64,000 nt of DNA, taken from the NCBI GenBank assembly GCA_963665665.1, contig OY762428.1:608001-672000 (forward strand), written 5' to 3'. The translations under genes and the position numbers were made by a program. Under the pieces are notes generated by a model. That model saw only the letters and a list, made by a program, of their open reading frames with translations, made no database searches and was not told where the DNA came from. Of the stretch, positions 1-10,569 are shown one piece after another (the stretch's first letter is position 1; each line of letters begins with the position of its first letter). Source of the DNA: Candidatus Kapaibacterium sp. (GTDB taxonomy: Bacteria; Bacteroidota; Ignavibacteria; Kapaibacteriales; UBA2268).

Positions 1-1
1 C

Positions 2-493
2 GGCAAACACGGCCTGATCATCCATCCCCGATTCGGTTCATGGATTTTCCTGGGAATACTTTTTTCAACGCTTGAACTTGAACCTGATACGCCGGTTGCC
101 AATCGATGTGGACAATGCACAAGGTGTATTGATTCATGTCCGGCAAAAGCTATCTATATGGATTCGATTGTAGATTCCCGGAAATGCCTTTCCTACTGGA
201 CAATAGAATCCAAATTGGATAATGATATTCCGAATAATATTTTAAACAATTCAAACGGATGGGCTTTTGGCTGCGATACATGCCAGGATGTCTGCCCCTG
301 GAATAAAAAACTTGCCAAAGAAACCCGCGAGCCATTATTCCATCCGAGAAATGACGAAACCAATTTAAATTCTGAAATTATAAAACAGATGTCAGATGAG
401 GAATTCCGTTTGAGATTCAGGAAAAGCCCTGTTAAAAGGCGGAAGCTTCAAGGCATAATTAAGAATATCAATCTGTTCGGGAGAAATTCCTGA
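2..493 (+). CDS. queG: Epoxyqueuosine reductase, 3' part (gene starts before the window)
   Basis: Frame open from base 2: GKHGLIIHPRFGSWIFLG...CGQCTRCIDSCP...CLSYWTIE...FGCDTCQDVCPWN, the two 4Fe-4S motifs of QueG. Confidence 0.93.
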   Translation, partial: GKHGLIIHPRFGSWIFLGILFSTLELEPDTPVANRCGQCTRCIDSCPAKAIYMDSIVDSRKCLSYWTIESKLDNDIPNNILNNSNGWAFGCDTCQDVCPWNKKLAKETREPLFHPRNDETNLNSEIIKQMSDEEFRLRFRKSPVKRRKLQGIIKNINLFGRNS

Positions 494-659
494 AAAACAT
501 TCATTCTATATACAATCAATTTCTTTCAACTAAGTACAAATACGTATTCTTTCAAGTTGCCTGATAAATATTCCAATATATTCATATATATTTTGTCTAT
601 TAAAATAATGACAGGATGTTAATATAGATTGAGTTTAGGAAAATAATCAGGAGGCAACT

Positions 660-1022
660 ATGTTTGACGTGAAAGTAGATGCAGGAAGAAATTGTATTAT
701 ACTGACTCTTGAGGGACAGATTACAGCAGAGGAAATCAAAAAAGCAACCAACATTATCATTCAAAAAGGTTATTATCTTGGCAGGGGGTTCAATTTGATT
801 AGTAATATTTCAAATTCAAATCCCGTTTCAACTGACGTGATAGATTTAATAATGTATCTTCAGCAAAGACTTTTCAAAATGGGAGTGGCTAAAGTAATAA
901 GAGTTTTAGGGAATGCTTTTCTTACTGGCATGCAATTTTCCAGGCTTCAAAAAGAGGCCAGGGCAGATTATAAAATCATACATGTTGACAATATGGCTCA
1001 GGCTTACAAAGCCGTCAGTTGA
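660..1022 (+). CDS. Hypothetical protein, STAS/SpoIIAA-like fold possible
   Basis: 120-aa ORF with strong SD (AGGAGG) upstream; alpha/beta pattern (IILTLEGQIT). Confidence 0.6.
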   Translation: MFDVKVDAGRNCIILTLEGQITAEEIKKATNIIIQKGYYLGRGFNLISNISNSNPVSTDVIDLIMYLQQRLFKMGVAKVIRVLGNAFLTGMQFSRLQKEARADYKIIHVDNMAQAYKAVS

Positions 1023-1045
1023 TTTTAATAAACAATTTCGAAACA

Positions 1046-1082
1046 AAAATGGCCGGTTTCAAATAATGGAACCGGCCTTAAA
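1046..1082. terminator. Probable bidirectional intrinsic terminator
   Basis: GGCCGGTTTC-AAATAAT-GGAACCGGCC hairpin between convergent genes. Confidence 0.7.
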
Positions 1083-1101
1083 TTTTAATATCTCTTTCGA
1101 A

Positions 1102-1797
1102 TTACTGGCCAACTTTTATCAGCTCAACTTCGAAAATCAGTGTGGACATAGGAGGAATATTACCTGTGGCACGCGGGCCGTAACCAAGTTCTGCCGGAAT
1201 GTAGAACATGTATTTTCCGCCCTCTTTCATTAGCTGAAGGCCTTCTGTCCAGCCCCTGATAACCTGGTTCAGGCCAAATGTAGCTGGTTTTCCTCTGTCA
1301 ACTGAACTGTCGAATTTAGTACCGTCGATTAGTGTTCCTGTGTAGTGAACAGTAACCTTGTCAGTAGCAACCGGTGATTTGCCTGTACCTTCTTTAATTA
1401 CTTTATACTGAAGGCCGCTGGCAGTAGTTTTTACACCTTCTTTATTTTTATTTTTCTCCAGAAATTCTTTGCCTTTGCCAACATTGGCTAACGAATCAGC
1501 TGAGCGTTTTTTCATATCGCGTTCGCGAAGCATTTCCTGGATTTTCATCAGAGTTGCACGCATTTCTTCCTCAGTAAATAAAGTTTTCTCTTCGTAAAGA
1601 GCGTCTTTAACTCCCTGGGCAACTATATCAGGATTGAACATAAGAGAATCATTTTTAAAATTTTTACCCCACTGCATTCCAAGTGCGTAAGCCATTGAAT
1701 CAAGTTTTGTTTTAATTTCTGCTTTTTCGTGCGACTGTGCAGTGCAGGCAAACAGGCCGCCAACAACAGCCATGATAACCAAAAGACGTTTAGTCAT
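1102..1797 (-). CDS. fkpA: FKBP-type peptidyl-prolyl isomerase (FkpA/Mip-like lipoprotein)
   Basis: FKBP_N (SMAYALG) plus FKBP_C (VHYTGTLIDGTKFDSS, VIRGWTEGL, IPPMSTLIFEVEL); start moved to MTKRLL (GGAG SD, lipobox LFAC). Confidence 0.9.
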   Translation of the reverse strand: MTKRLLVIMAVVGGLFACTAQSHEKAEIKTKLDSMAYALGMQWGKNFKNDSLMFNPDIVAQGVKDALYEEKTLFTEEEMRATLMKIQEMLRERDMKKRSADSLANVGKGKEFLEKNKNKEGVKTTASGLQYKVIKEGTGKSPVATDKVTVHYTGTLIDGTKFDSSVDRGKPATFGLNQVIRGWTEGLQLMKEGGKYMFYIPAELGYGPRATGNIPPMSTLIFEVELIKVGQ

Positions 1798-2113
1798 CGT
1801 AATCTCCAATAAATTATTTAAAAAACTAATTTTCATAGTATGCAAAGATAAGTAAATTATTTTAAACAGGAAGGAATTGATAACATTTGTAAGTTATTTC
1901 ATTTTCAGGCCACCCTTTATCAGATAAATTTTACATGCAAATTTCAATTTTCAGGCTATTAGCAAGAAAAAGAAAATTAATATTAATCACATATTTTTCT
2001 TATTTTATTAAAGAAGAAGTATAGAATAGTATATACCATATTCTAATAAATATATTTATTCAAACAGCGAGAGCTTATCAAGAGGATTTAGTACAATTAA
2101 TTAAAAAGTCTGC

Positions 2114-4453
2114 ATGTCTTTTAAAACAAAAATACCAAAAGCTATATTAGGCGAACCTATTAACAGGCTTACTTTAAAGTTTAGGGATGTACGGATTGAA
2201 AAAGAATTTAATGACTTTTATTGCGATAAGTATATTTGGCAATTACGACTAGCGCATATACTTGCAATAGGACTATATCTATTTGCCATCTTGGCAGAAA
2301 AATTATTTTTTGAAATACCATGGTTCTTATTTGTTATTCGAGTATCAATTGTGATACCTTCCTTTCTGCTTGGATTTGTTTTTACATTCATTTACAAAAG
2401 GCTCTATTTAAAAATTTACAAATTATTAGACATTTATTATGTCTTAATAACAAGTATAAGTTTTATTATAGCAGGACTTTATATTGAAGAACCATATGCA
2501 TTCGTTATAAACAGTGGCGTTTTTATTGGCCTAATTTTCAATTACTCCACCATTAGACAGGATTTTATTAAAGCATCATTTACTGGGCTGCTGCTTCTGA
2601 TAATATATATTCTTTTTGCATTTTATTATTATTCAATGTTTGAAAACACAATCCATATCTCTATGTACTTCTTTGCAGCCAACATACTCGGAATGTATAT
2701 AGCCTATAATATTGAGTATGAAAGCAAAATGAGCTATCTGATGATGAAACAAATTCAAACAGCTCATTATGAACTTGAAGAGCACAAAAAAAACCTTGAA
2801 CATCGAATAAAAGAAAGAACAAAAGAGCTTACTTATGCCAAAGAAAAAGCAGAGGCAAATGCCATCGGCTTAAAATTTGCAGAAGAAGAAATCAGACGCT
2901 CCAGAGATGAAATCCTTCTCAAGAACAAGATTTCAAATGCATTTGTTATGAGCTCTGAAGAAGCAATTTTCGATGAAGTTCTTCAAATTATTATAAAATT
3001 TCTTAACTGTGAATTCGGATATTTTGGATATATCAATGAGCAAAAAAGCCTTGTCTGCCCTTCAATGCTATACGATACCAGTGATAAATTCCGGATGTCG
3101 GACAAAACTGTAGAATTTGCTCAGGAATTCTGGGCCGGTATTTGGGGAGAGAGTTTAAAGTCAAGAAAGAGCATTTTTCAGAATGAAAGTTTATCATTGC
3201 CGCATGGACATATCCAGTTTAATAATGCTTTGGCAGTACCGATACTTTACCGGAAAGAGTTGATAGGGCAGATAGTGGTTGCTAATATCAATAATGGGTT
3301 TGATTATTCACACATAAACTTTCTGGAAGATATCTGCAACTATATTTCGCCATTGCTGAACTCTGTATTAAACCAGAAACGTAACCAGGAAGAACTTCAA
3401 AAGATATCCAAACTTGAATCTCTCGGGGTAATTGCAGGCGGAATCGCACATAACTTCAAGAATATTTTAACAGGCATGGCTTTAAGTGCTGAATTGGCAA
3501 AAATTAAGCCGGACAAAACAGTGAAATATCTTGAAAAGATAACTAAAGCTATCGGACAGGCATCTGCTCTTGCAACAAGATTCCAGACTTTTTCAAAGAC
3601 GGATATGCCGATTTTTGAACCAGGTGATATTAACTCTGTAATCATGGAGGCATCAGAAATGGCTTTAACAGGATCAAGTATTATTCCAAAATATGAACTT
3701 GATCCAAATATCCCTAAACTGCTTTTAGACGGAAAAAGGATGAATGAAGTAATTACAAATATTCTTATTAATGCAAAACAGGCAATGCCCAATGGAGGGG
3801 ATATCTTTATTAAAACATCGATAACTGAAAATCGAATTGAAGGGTTGAACCAACCTAATCTTCAAATAGATATTACTGATTCGGGTATCGGAATACCACC
3901 TGAAAAAATTGAAGATATTTTTACTCCTTTCTTTACAACGAAAGCTAATGGACACGGATTAGGTTTGGCTACTGCTTATAGTATGATAAAAAAGCATGAT
4001 GGTGATATTCAAGTAGAATCAAAACTTGGCCAGGGTACAACATTTTCGTTATTTTTGCCGGTTAAAATAGCCGAAGAAGATCAGGATATAACCGATAATA
4101 AGGTTTTTAATTTCAACAGGGATATACATATTTTGCTGCTTGACGACAATAAGGAAATTATTGAAAGTATGAATGAGTTGTTTTCTGAATCCAGCATATC
4201 AATTAATTGCTATAGTGATCCCGGCCTTGTAATTCAGGAATTCAAAAATTCAATATGCACCCGGAAATATGATCTGGTAATTTTGGACCTGACTTTAGTC
4301 GGTTTTAAAATTGACGGGCTCGGAGTTCTTAAGAAGTTAAAGGAAATTGATGGAAATGTAAAAGCATTTGTTTTTAGTGGCCATTTCGACATTCCTGTTG
4401 TTGCAAACTATAAAGAATACGGATTTGTTGGCAGAATAGAAAAACCAATTTAA
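2114..4453 (+). CDS. Membrane-bound hybrid sensor histidine kinase (TM region, GAF, HisKA, HATPase, REC)
   Basis: About 6 TM helices; GAF (ALAVPILYRKELIGQI); H-box IAGGIAHNFKN; N/G boxes (NILINAKQAM, DSGIGI, PFFTTK, GHGLGL); REC (LLLDD, VILD, KP). Confidence 0.9.
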   Translation: MSFKTKIPKAILGEPINRLTLKFRDVRIEKEFNDFYCDKYIWQLRLAHILAIGLYLFAILAEKLFFEIPWFLFVIRVSIVIPSFLLGFVFTFIYKRLYLKIYKLLDIYYVLITSISFIIAGLYIEEPYAFVINSGVFIGLIFNYSTIRQDFIKASFTGLLLLIIYILFAFYYYSMFENTIHISMYFFAANILGMYIAYNIEYESKMSYLMMKQIQTAHYELEEHKKNLEHRIKERTKELTYAKEKAEANAIGLKFAEEEIRRSRDEILLKNKISNAFVMSSEEAIFDEVLQIIIKFLNCEFGYFGYINEQKSLVCPSMLYDTSDKFRMSDKTVEFAQEFWAGIWGESLKSRKSIFQNESLSLPHGHIQFNNALAVPILYRKELIGQIVVANINNGFDYSHINFLEDICNYISPLLNSVLNQKRNQEELQKISKLESLGVIAGGIAHNFKNILTGMALSAELAKIKPDKTVKYLEKITKAIGQASALATRFQTFSKTDMPIFEPGDINSVIMEASEMALTGSSIIPKYELDPNIPKLLLDGKRMNEVITNILINAKQAMPNGGDIFIKTSITENRIEGLNQPNLQIDITDSGIGIPPEKIEDIFTPFFTTKANGHGLGLATAYSMIKKHDGDIQVESKLGQGTTFSLFLPVKIAEEDQDITDNKVFNFNRDIHILLLDDNKEIIESMNELFSESSISINCYSDPGLVIQEFKNSICTRKYDLVILDLTLVGFKIDGLGVLKKLKEIDGNVKAFVFSGHFDIPVVANYKEYGFVGRIEKPI

Positions 4454-4797
4454 ATAAAACAGTTCTTATCTGAGATAGAAAAAGCAATTAATGACTGACT
4501 TTAATATTTTTTTCAATATAAATGCTCTTCTCGGGACCCCAAAAAATACTTCAGGAATCACTTTTACCAGATTACGATTTTTTCAATCAATCCTTCATTT
4601 TTTATCTGTCAATTTTTCAACAAACGCTTAATTTGCTTGAGTTAAATAATAAAATTCAAGATGTCTTATTAACTTGCCTTTCTCATGAAAATTTACGATA
4701 TTGATATTTGTAAATATTGGGGATGTCCGTAGATAGATTATGTTTTTTAGAAAATTTATCATTAGGGGCGCTAATAATCCGAAAACCAGAGGAACAC

Positions 4798-7700
4798 ATG
4801 AAAAAAGCAATTATTACATTATTACTCCTGCTGCCGATAGCAGCCCAGGCACAAAGCCTGAAACTATTCGACATTGATACAACTGACTATCCCGTTATAA
4901 GGGCAAAAATATGGGCTTTCGATGAAAACGGAAAACAAATTACAAATCTTTCCCCTTCCGATTTTGAAATAACCGAGGATGGAGTACTAAGGGATGTTAT
5001 AAGTGTTTCGTGCCCGGAGCAGCAACCGGCCAATGCAGTTTCAAGTGTTTTATCATTTGATATTTCTGCCTCAATGCTCGGGGAAAATATGTCAATGGCC
5101 AAGAAGGCAGGTACGGTATGGATAAACGGTTTATCTCTTGGTATAAACGAATGTGCAATAACATCATTCGATCTGAAAAATTACCTGAATCAGGATTTTA
5201 CAACAAACAAAGACAAATTGCTGAATGCTCTAAACAGCTTACAAACATTAGGAAGTACAAATTTTGATGCCGGATTTATTGATCCAATGGCCGGGGCTTT
5301 ACTGGTAGCAGAAAAAGGTGATTTGAAAAGAGTAGTGGTTTTCCTTACTGACGGTATTGCTAAAGGGGATGAATATGCAATTATTGACAAAGCTAATGAA
5401 ATAAACGCGACGGTGTTTTGTGTAACATTGAACATGCCCTGCCCGGAAATATTAAAGAATATTTCTGAAAAAACCGGCGGGGAGTGGTTTGACAACATTA
5501 TATCAGCATCACAAGCCGAGGCTGTTTACCAAAGCATTCTTCAAACAGTTCGGGGCGGAAAACCCTGCGAGATTGAATGGCATAGCAGGCCTGCCTGTTC
5601 AAGAACTGACCAAACAATTGTTGAGATGGAATTATCGGTAAATCAGAGCCAGGCTGTGGGACATTACAACACTCCTTATAATTCAGTTGCAAACCTTGAA
5701 ATAAATCCACCATACATTAAATTCACCGATCCTGATATTGGTGTTGAAAACTATCGGCAAATAACAATAACTGCAAGGAATGCAGACTTTGATGTTAGCA
5801 ACATCAAAGTTTCTAATTCTGATTATGACATTAGTCCGAAAAGTTTTTTTCTTGCAAAGGATCAGAGTAAAATCCTGGATGTGAGTTATACTCCCGCCGG
5901 CAAAGATTATTCATATTGTAAGTTTACAATTGAAAATGATATATGTGAACAAGATTACAGTGTAAGCGGGCAGCATTCCGGCGGAGGTTTCAATAAAAAT
6001 TATTTGAAACTGACACATCCAAACGGGGGTGAAAACATTTATATTGGTTCTGATTATCTAATTACATGGGAAGGAATTCTACCTTGTGATACTATCGGCT
6101 TAACTTTATCGAGAGATAATGGAAATAGCTGGGAAATAATTGATAATAATGCAACTAATCTATCTTACTCATGGAATAATATTTTTGGGCCGGAAAGTGA
6201 AAAATGTTTGATCAAAGCTGTTTATGGTGCTACTACACGTCCCCGAATTCTTTGGGAGAAAAATTATGGTGGAAGTTTAGGAGAGCAGGCTGAATCAATC
6301 ATTGAGCTTAAAGACGGCAACCTGATTGTTGTTGGCCGTTCAGAATCAAAAGACGGGAATGTGTCAGAAAATCATGGTGAATGGGATTACTGGATAGTAA
6401 AAATTAATCCTGATAACCGAAGTATCATCTGGGAAAGATCTTACGGAGGCAGTAAATGGGATTATGCCCAATCGATTATTGAGATGAAAGACGGAAGTTT
6501 GGCTGTAGCAGGTTATTCATGGTCTCAGGACGGAGATGTATCCGGAAATCATGGCGGATTAGATTGCTGGATATTGAAATTAGATCAAACTGACGGAAGT
6601 ATCATTTGGAAACAATCTTTTGGCGGGAGCAACTATGATTTTGCCGAATCAATTATTGAAACAAATGACGGGAATCTTGTTTTTGCTGGATTTTCCAGTT
6701 CTGATGACGGAGATATAACGGAAAGCCATGGAAAGCATAGTTATTGGATAGTCAAGCTCAATTCCGGCGACGGCAAAATAATTTGGAATAAATCTTTTGG
6801 TGGAAGCGAATGGGACGAAGCCTATGATATAATTGAGATGAAAGACGGCAGCCTGGCTGTTGCAGGAAAATCCAATTCTTCTGACGGTGATGTTACAGGC
6901 AATCACGCTTGGGCAGATTATTGGATACTGAAACTCAATCCGAATGATGGATCATTAATATGGGAAAAATCCCTTGGGGGTAGCAGTGACGATATTCCGG
7001 CTTCCATAATCCAACTTAATGATGATGCTCTTGTTGTTGCAGGGTATTCAACTTCATCAAATGGCGATGTAAAAGGTAATCATGGTGACTTCGATTACTG
7101 GATCGTAAAATTGGAACCAACAGATGGAAGTATTATTTGGGAAAGGTCTCTTGGCGGAACAAGCGCCGACTATGCTAATTCAGTTATCGGGCTTGAGGAC
7201 TGTAGCATCGTTGTAGGCGGCTATTCTTATTCAACCGACGGTGATGTTACAGATAGTCATGGTGATTTCGATTTTTGGATTACAAAATTGGAACCGGCAG
7301 ATGGCAGTATAATTTGGGAGAAAACTCTTGGCGGAAGTGCAGACGACAGGGCTAATGCTCTGACTGTTCTGACTGATAAGAGTTTTTTGATTGCCGGTTA
7401 TTCTTATTCAAATGACGGCGATCCAGGAAACAACTACGGCCTTGATGATTTCTGGATTGTGAAGTTGACAGAACCTCAACCTCTGCTATCGGATACATCC
7501 GACGCTGTTTTCTCCATTTTCGCTCCTCATGCTGTGAGCCGTGATATTGATATGAAGCAGGTGTTGGTGGGAATTACCAAGGATTCAGTAGTTAAAGAAT
7601 TTATAATGAATACCGGGCTGCACCCGTGCAGAATTGATTCTATATACATTCGCGGCGCTGATGCCGGAGCGTTCAGCCTTGTTTCCGGTTTTCCCGTCTA

Positions 7701-9453
7701 TACCGTGAATATTTCAGAAAACCACTCAGGGGAATTCCGATTCCGGCCTACCGAAACAAGAATATACGAAGCGGAAATTGTGATCATAACTCAGAATGAT
7801 ACACTATTCCAGGCAATTCGTGGCGAAGGAATTGAACCCCGATTGCAAATTGTTAATAAATTGATAGATTTCGGCCAGGTAAGGCTTGGGGAATACAGAG
7901 ACACTCTGGATGTGCTGACAATAAAAAACACCGGGACTAATCCAATTGATATTCTGAGTACTAATCATTCATGGCCTAATGATGTTGACTTTACCACCCG
8001 AAACGGCGCCGGGCCTTTCACGCTTCAGCCCGGAGAGGAATGGCCAATGACACTGCGCTTTACCCCTGGCGAAGCCGGCCGGACAAGCGGAATACTGGAA
8101 TTTCATTATACTGGAGTGGGAAGCCCCGAGACTATTCAATTGTTCGGTGAGGGGTATTCGAAACCGGAAATTGATACGGCTTTCACAAATTTTGAAAACC
8201 TGGACTGTGAAAGTAAAGACTATCGGAATTTTAATATTATAAATACCGGAGCCTTCAGCATAACGGTTTCTGAAATATATCTTTCGGGCAGTAACCCGGG
8301 CGATTTTCAAATTGATATTAACCTTCCGCTGATAATTGAGCCCGGCAGTACTGAAACTATCGCTGTAGAATTTGCACCACAGGAAATCGGGGTAAGATCT
8401 GCCGAACTGAATATTATATCCGATGCCGTGAATTTCCCCTTAGTAAATTATACCTATAGCGCAAGAAAAGACAGCGTCGCACTCAACTGGCAAAATATTG
8501 AGATAGATTTTGGTACGATAAGAACCAACCGCCATATTGATACAACAATAATTATTGGCAATAACGGAACAATTGCCAATACGGGGTTAATAAGCGGAAA
8601 TTCAGAATTTAATATTGATAAAGATGCGGTCAGGCTGAATGCCGGAGAAAGTGGAGAAATCACAATATCCTACAGTGGATCACCCACACCAACATCCCTT
8701 GATGAAGAGTTAGTACTGACTGATTCGATCTGCGGCAGGCAGTCGAATATCCGGATAAAAGCAAATATTGAAGCTCTTGCCACCGCATCTGTCAGATTAG
8801 CGGATATTCAGGCAATGCCCGAATCAAAAATTGTAATTCCCATAGTCCTCGACGCTGAGAATGATATCGGCAATTCGGGGATCGAAACAATATCAGTTGA
8901 TTTTATTTATAACCCGACAGTTCTCTATCCTCTGGACTATTCCCAGGTTTATCTTAGCAACGACGAGGCGAAGATAAGAATTGACGGGCTGAACATACTT
9001 GCAAATCAGGGCGATACTCTGCGAAATATCCGTTTTTCAGTTGGCCTTGGCAATTCTGAAAACAGTGTGCTTCGCCTGTCCAACCCTGAATATGACGACA
9101 GCATTGCAGATATAACCCTGATTGACGGCACATTCACACTTCTCGGCGTATGCCGCGAGGGAGGAGCAAGGCTGATAAACCCGGACATAGAGGCCGGAAT
9201 AATCAACATCTCCCCCAACCCGGCGGAAAAGAGCCTTAATATCGAAATCTCCCTGATAGAAGAAGGACAGACAGAACTTTCAATATTCAATTCCTTCGGG
9301 GAATCTGTAAAGAGCGTTTTTTCAGCAAATAACGAAACCACGGGCGTAAAAAAATTCAAAGCTGACATAAGCAATCTTGCCAACGGCGTTTACTATGTAA
9401 TACTGAAAACTCCCAACCAGCATTTTATCGAGAAGGTGCTGGTGATAAGGTAG
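4798..9453 (+). CDS. Secreted vWA + 7-repeat beta-propeller + choice-of-anchor D/ASH-like Ig repeats + T9SS C-terminal domain protein
   Basis: Signal peptide MKKAIITL; MIDAS FDISASM...T...LTDG; seven ~59-aa repeats (IIWEKSxGGS...DYWIVKL); C-terminal SPNPA...LANGVYYVIL...KVLVIR. Confidence 0.85.
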   Translation: MKKAIITLLLLLPIAAQAQSLKLFDIDTTDYPVIRAKIWAFDENGKQITNLSPSDFEITEDGVLRDVISVSCPEQQPANAVSSVLSFDISASMLGENMSMAKKAGTVWINGLSLGINECAITSFDLKNYLNQDFTTNKDKLLNALNSLQTLGSTNFDAGFIDPMAGALLVAEKGDLKRVVVFLTDGIAKGDEYAIIDKANEINATVFCVTLNMPCPEILKNISEKTGGEWFDNIISASQAEAVYQSILQTVRGGKPCEIEWHSRPACSRTDQTIVEMELSVNQSQAVGHYNTPYNSVANLEINPPYIKFTDPDIGVENYRQITITARNADFDVSNIKVSNSDYDISPKSFFLAKDQSKILDVSYTPAGKDYSYCKFTIENDICEQDYSVSGQHSGGGFNKNYLKLTHPNGGENIYIGSDYLITWEGILPCDTIGLTLSRDNGNSWEIIDNNATNLSYSWNNIFGPESEKCLIKAVYGATTRPRILWEKNYGGSLGEQAESIIELKDGNLIVVGRSESKDGNVSENHGEWDYWIVKINPDNRSIIWERSYGGSKWDYAQSIIEMKDGSLAVAGYSWSQDGDVSGNHGGLDCWILKLDQTDGSIIWKQSFGGSNYDFAESIIETNDGNLVFAGFSSSDDGDITESHGKHSYWIVKLNSGDGKIIWNKSFGGSEWDEAYDIIEMKDGSLAVAGKSNSSDGDVTGNHAWADYWILKLNPNDGSLIWEKSLGGSSDDIPASIIQLNDDALVVAGYSTSSNGDVKGNHGDFDYWIVKLEPTDGSIIWERSLGGTSADYANSVIGLEDCSIVVGGYSYSTDGDVTDSHGDFDFWITKLEPADGSIIWEKTLGGSADDRANALTVLTDKSFLIAGYSYSNDGDPGNNYGLDDFWIVKLTEPQPLLSDTSDAVFSIFAPHAVSRDIDMKQVLVGITKDSVVKEFIMNTGLHPCRIDSIYIRGADAGAFSLVSGFPVYTVNISENHSGEFRFRPTETRIYEAEIVIITQNDTLFQAIRGEGIEPRLQIVNKLIDFGQVRLGEYRDTLDVLTIKNTGTNPIDILSTNHSWPNDVDFTTRNGAGPFTLQPGEEWPMTLRFTPGEAGRTSGILEFHYTGVGSPETIQLFGEGYSKPEIDTAFTNFENLDCESKDYRNFNIINTGAFSITVSEIYLSGSNPGDFQIDINLPLIIEPGSTETIAVEFAPQEIGVRSAELNIISDAVNFPLVNYTYSARKDSVALNWQNIEIDFGTIRTNRHIDTTIIIGNNGTIANTGLISGNSEFNIDKDAVRLNAGESGEITISYSGSPTPTSLDEELVLTDSICGRQSNIRIKANIEALATASVRLADIQAMPESKIVIPIVLDAENDIGNSGIETISVDFIYNPTVLYPLDYSQVYLSNDEAKIRIDGLNILANQGDTLRNIRFSVGLGNSENSVLRLSNPEYDDSIADITLIDGTFTLLGVCREGGARLINPDIEAGIINISPNPAEKSLNIEISLIEEGQTELSIFNSFGESVKSVFSANNETTGVKKFKADISNLANGVYYVILKTPNQHFIEKVLVIR

Positions 9454-10349
9454 GATTGTCAGACATGCTGCTAAGAATGTCTTTTATTAATTTACGGCAT
9501 TATTTTCCTAACTCGTTGATTTCTCGTAACAGGGTAAGGAGTTCTGAATATTAACTGAAATAATTGAACAAGCAATAATATAATAATCCGAAATAGTAAT
9601 TCCGTATCGGGTAATTGTCCCTTGGATTTCCACCCCCATCCAACGGAATTTATATACCATTGGATTATCAATATTGCCGGGCATGTCAAACCCCAATATT
9701 TATGAATAAAACAGGTTCTATAACAGACATTGTGGGTAATCAAACTTAAGATTACCGTCAATAAAATAAACCTTATTGATAAAATTGTGAATATTTCCAA
9801 ATCTTCTGACTCTTCTATTAGCAAACTTTATCATAGGATTGTTAGCTTCAACCGCTGCCGGGTGCGCCCACAGTAATGATATCGTTTTAATTCCATCTGT
9901 TTCAGTTTTGATTCCTGGTGCACCCACATTTATTAAACATTGGTTCTCAAATGAGTTAAGATACTGCCGGATCCTTTTTTCTGTATCAAGGCCCTTGCAT
10001 TCTTTGCAGCTTGTTTCAGTAGATGTACCGCCACGACAAAAAATTATGTATATGTCCAATTGGCCGGGAGTATTTTGGCCGCATTTTTTTTAAGTCTGTC
10101 TTTTGTGTGAACACAATCGATAATAACATGAGAGCCAGTTCAAATTATTCTGCAAAATTTCCAAAATCAAAGCTGATTTTGATCGAAAACGAAGCTATTT
10201 GCAACACAAATTCATCCGGAAGTGGGCCGTAAACAATCTTGAGCAAGGAATTTATCAGCAATTTGCTTTTTTTCCACACCGAAAACTCCCGGAATTGTTT
10301 GCCTGAATAATATCTTTCGCCTGATTTATGAAATCTGGTAATCACAAAT

Positions 10350-10495
10350 AAAAAAAGGGGCCTTACGGCCCCTCTGCCCAATCATTAAGGTTGGAGTGCT
10401 GCGATCTCTCGCAGCAGTGGTTAGAGGAGTTTTTAAACAGTTGGTTCAATACCTCTGTAATATTTTATTTTTCAAATAACATCTGTCGCTGTTCT
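10350..10495 (-). ncRNA. Putative structured small RNA, copy 1 of 3
   Basis: Minus strand: TTGGAT-N17-TATATT promoter, hairpin TGCTGCGA-GAGA-TCGCAGCA, terminator GGGGCC-GTAA-GGCCCC-T7; no conserved ORF; ends approximate. Confidence 0.7.
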
Positions 10496-10501
10496 GGCAC
10501 T

Positions 10502-10530
10502 AATATAAAGTATTCTTTTTAATAATCCAA
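10502..10530 (-). promoter_or_regulatory. Sigma70-like promoter of sRNA copy 1 (also at 10722-10750 and 10946-10974)
   Basis: TTGGAT and TATATT hexamers with exactly 17-bp spacing in all three copies, although the spacer of copy 3 has diverged. Confidence 0.65.
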
Positions 10531-10569
10531 ATACTTTTTTTTAAAAAAAATTCACACACCGTCCAAAAT

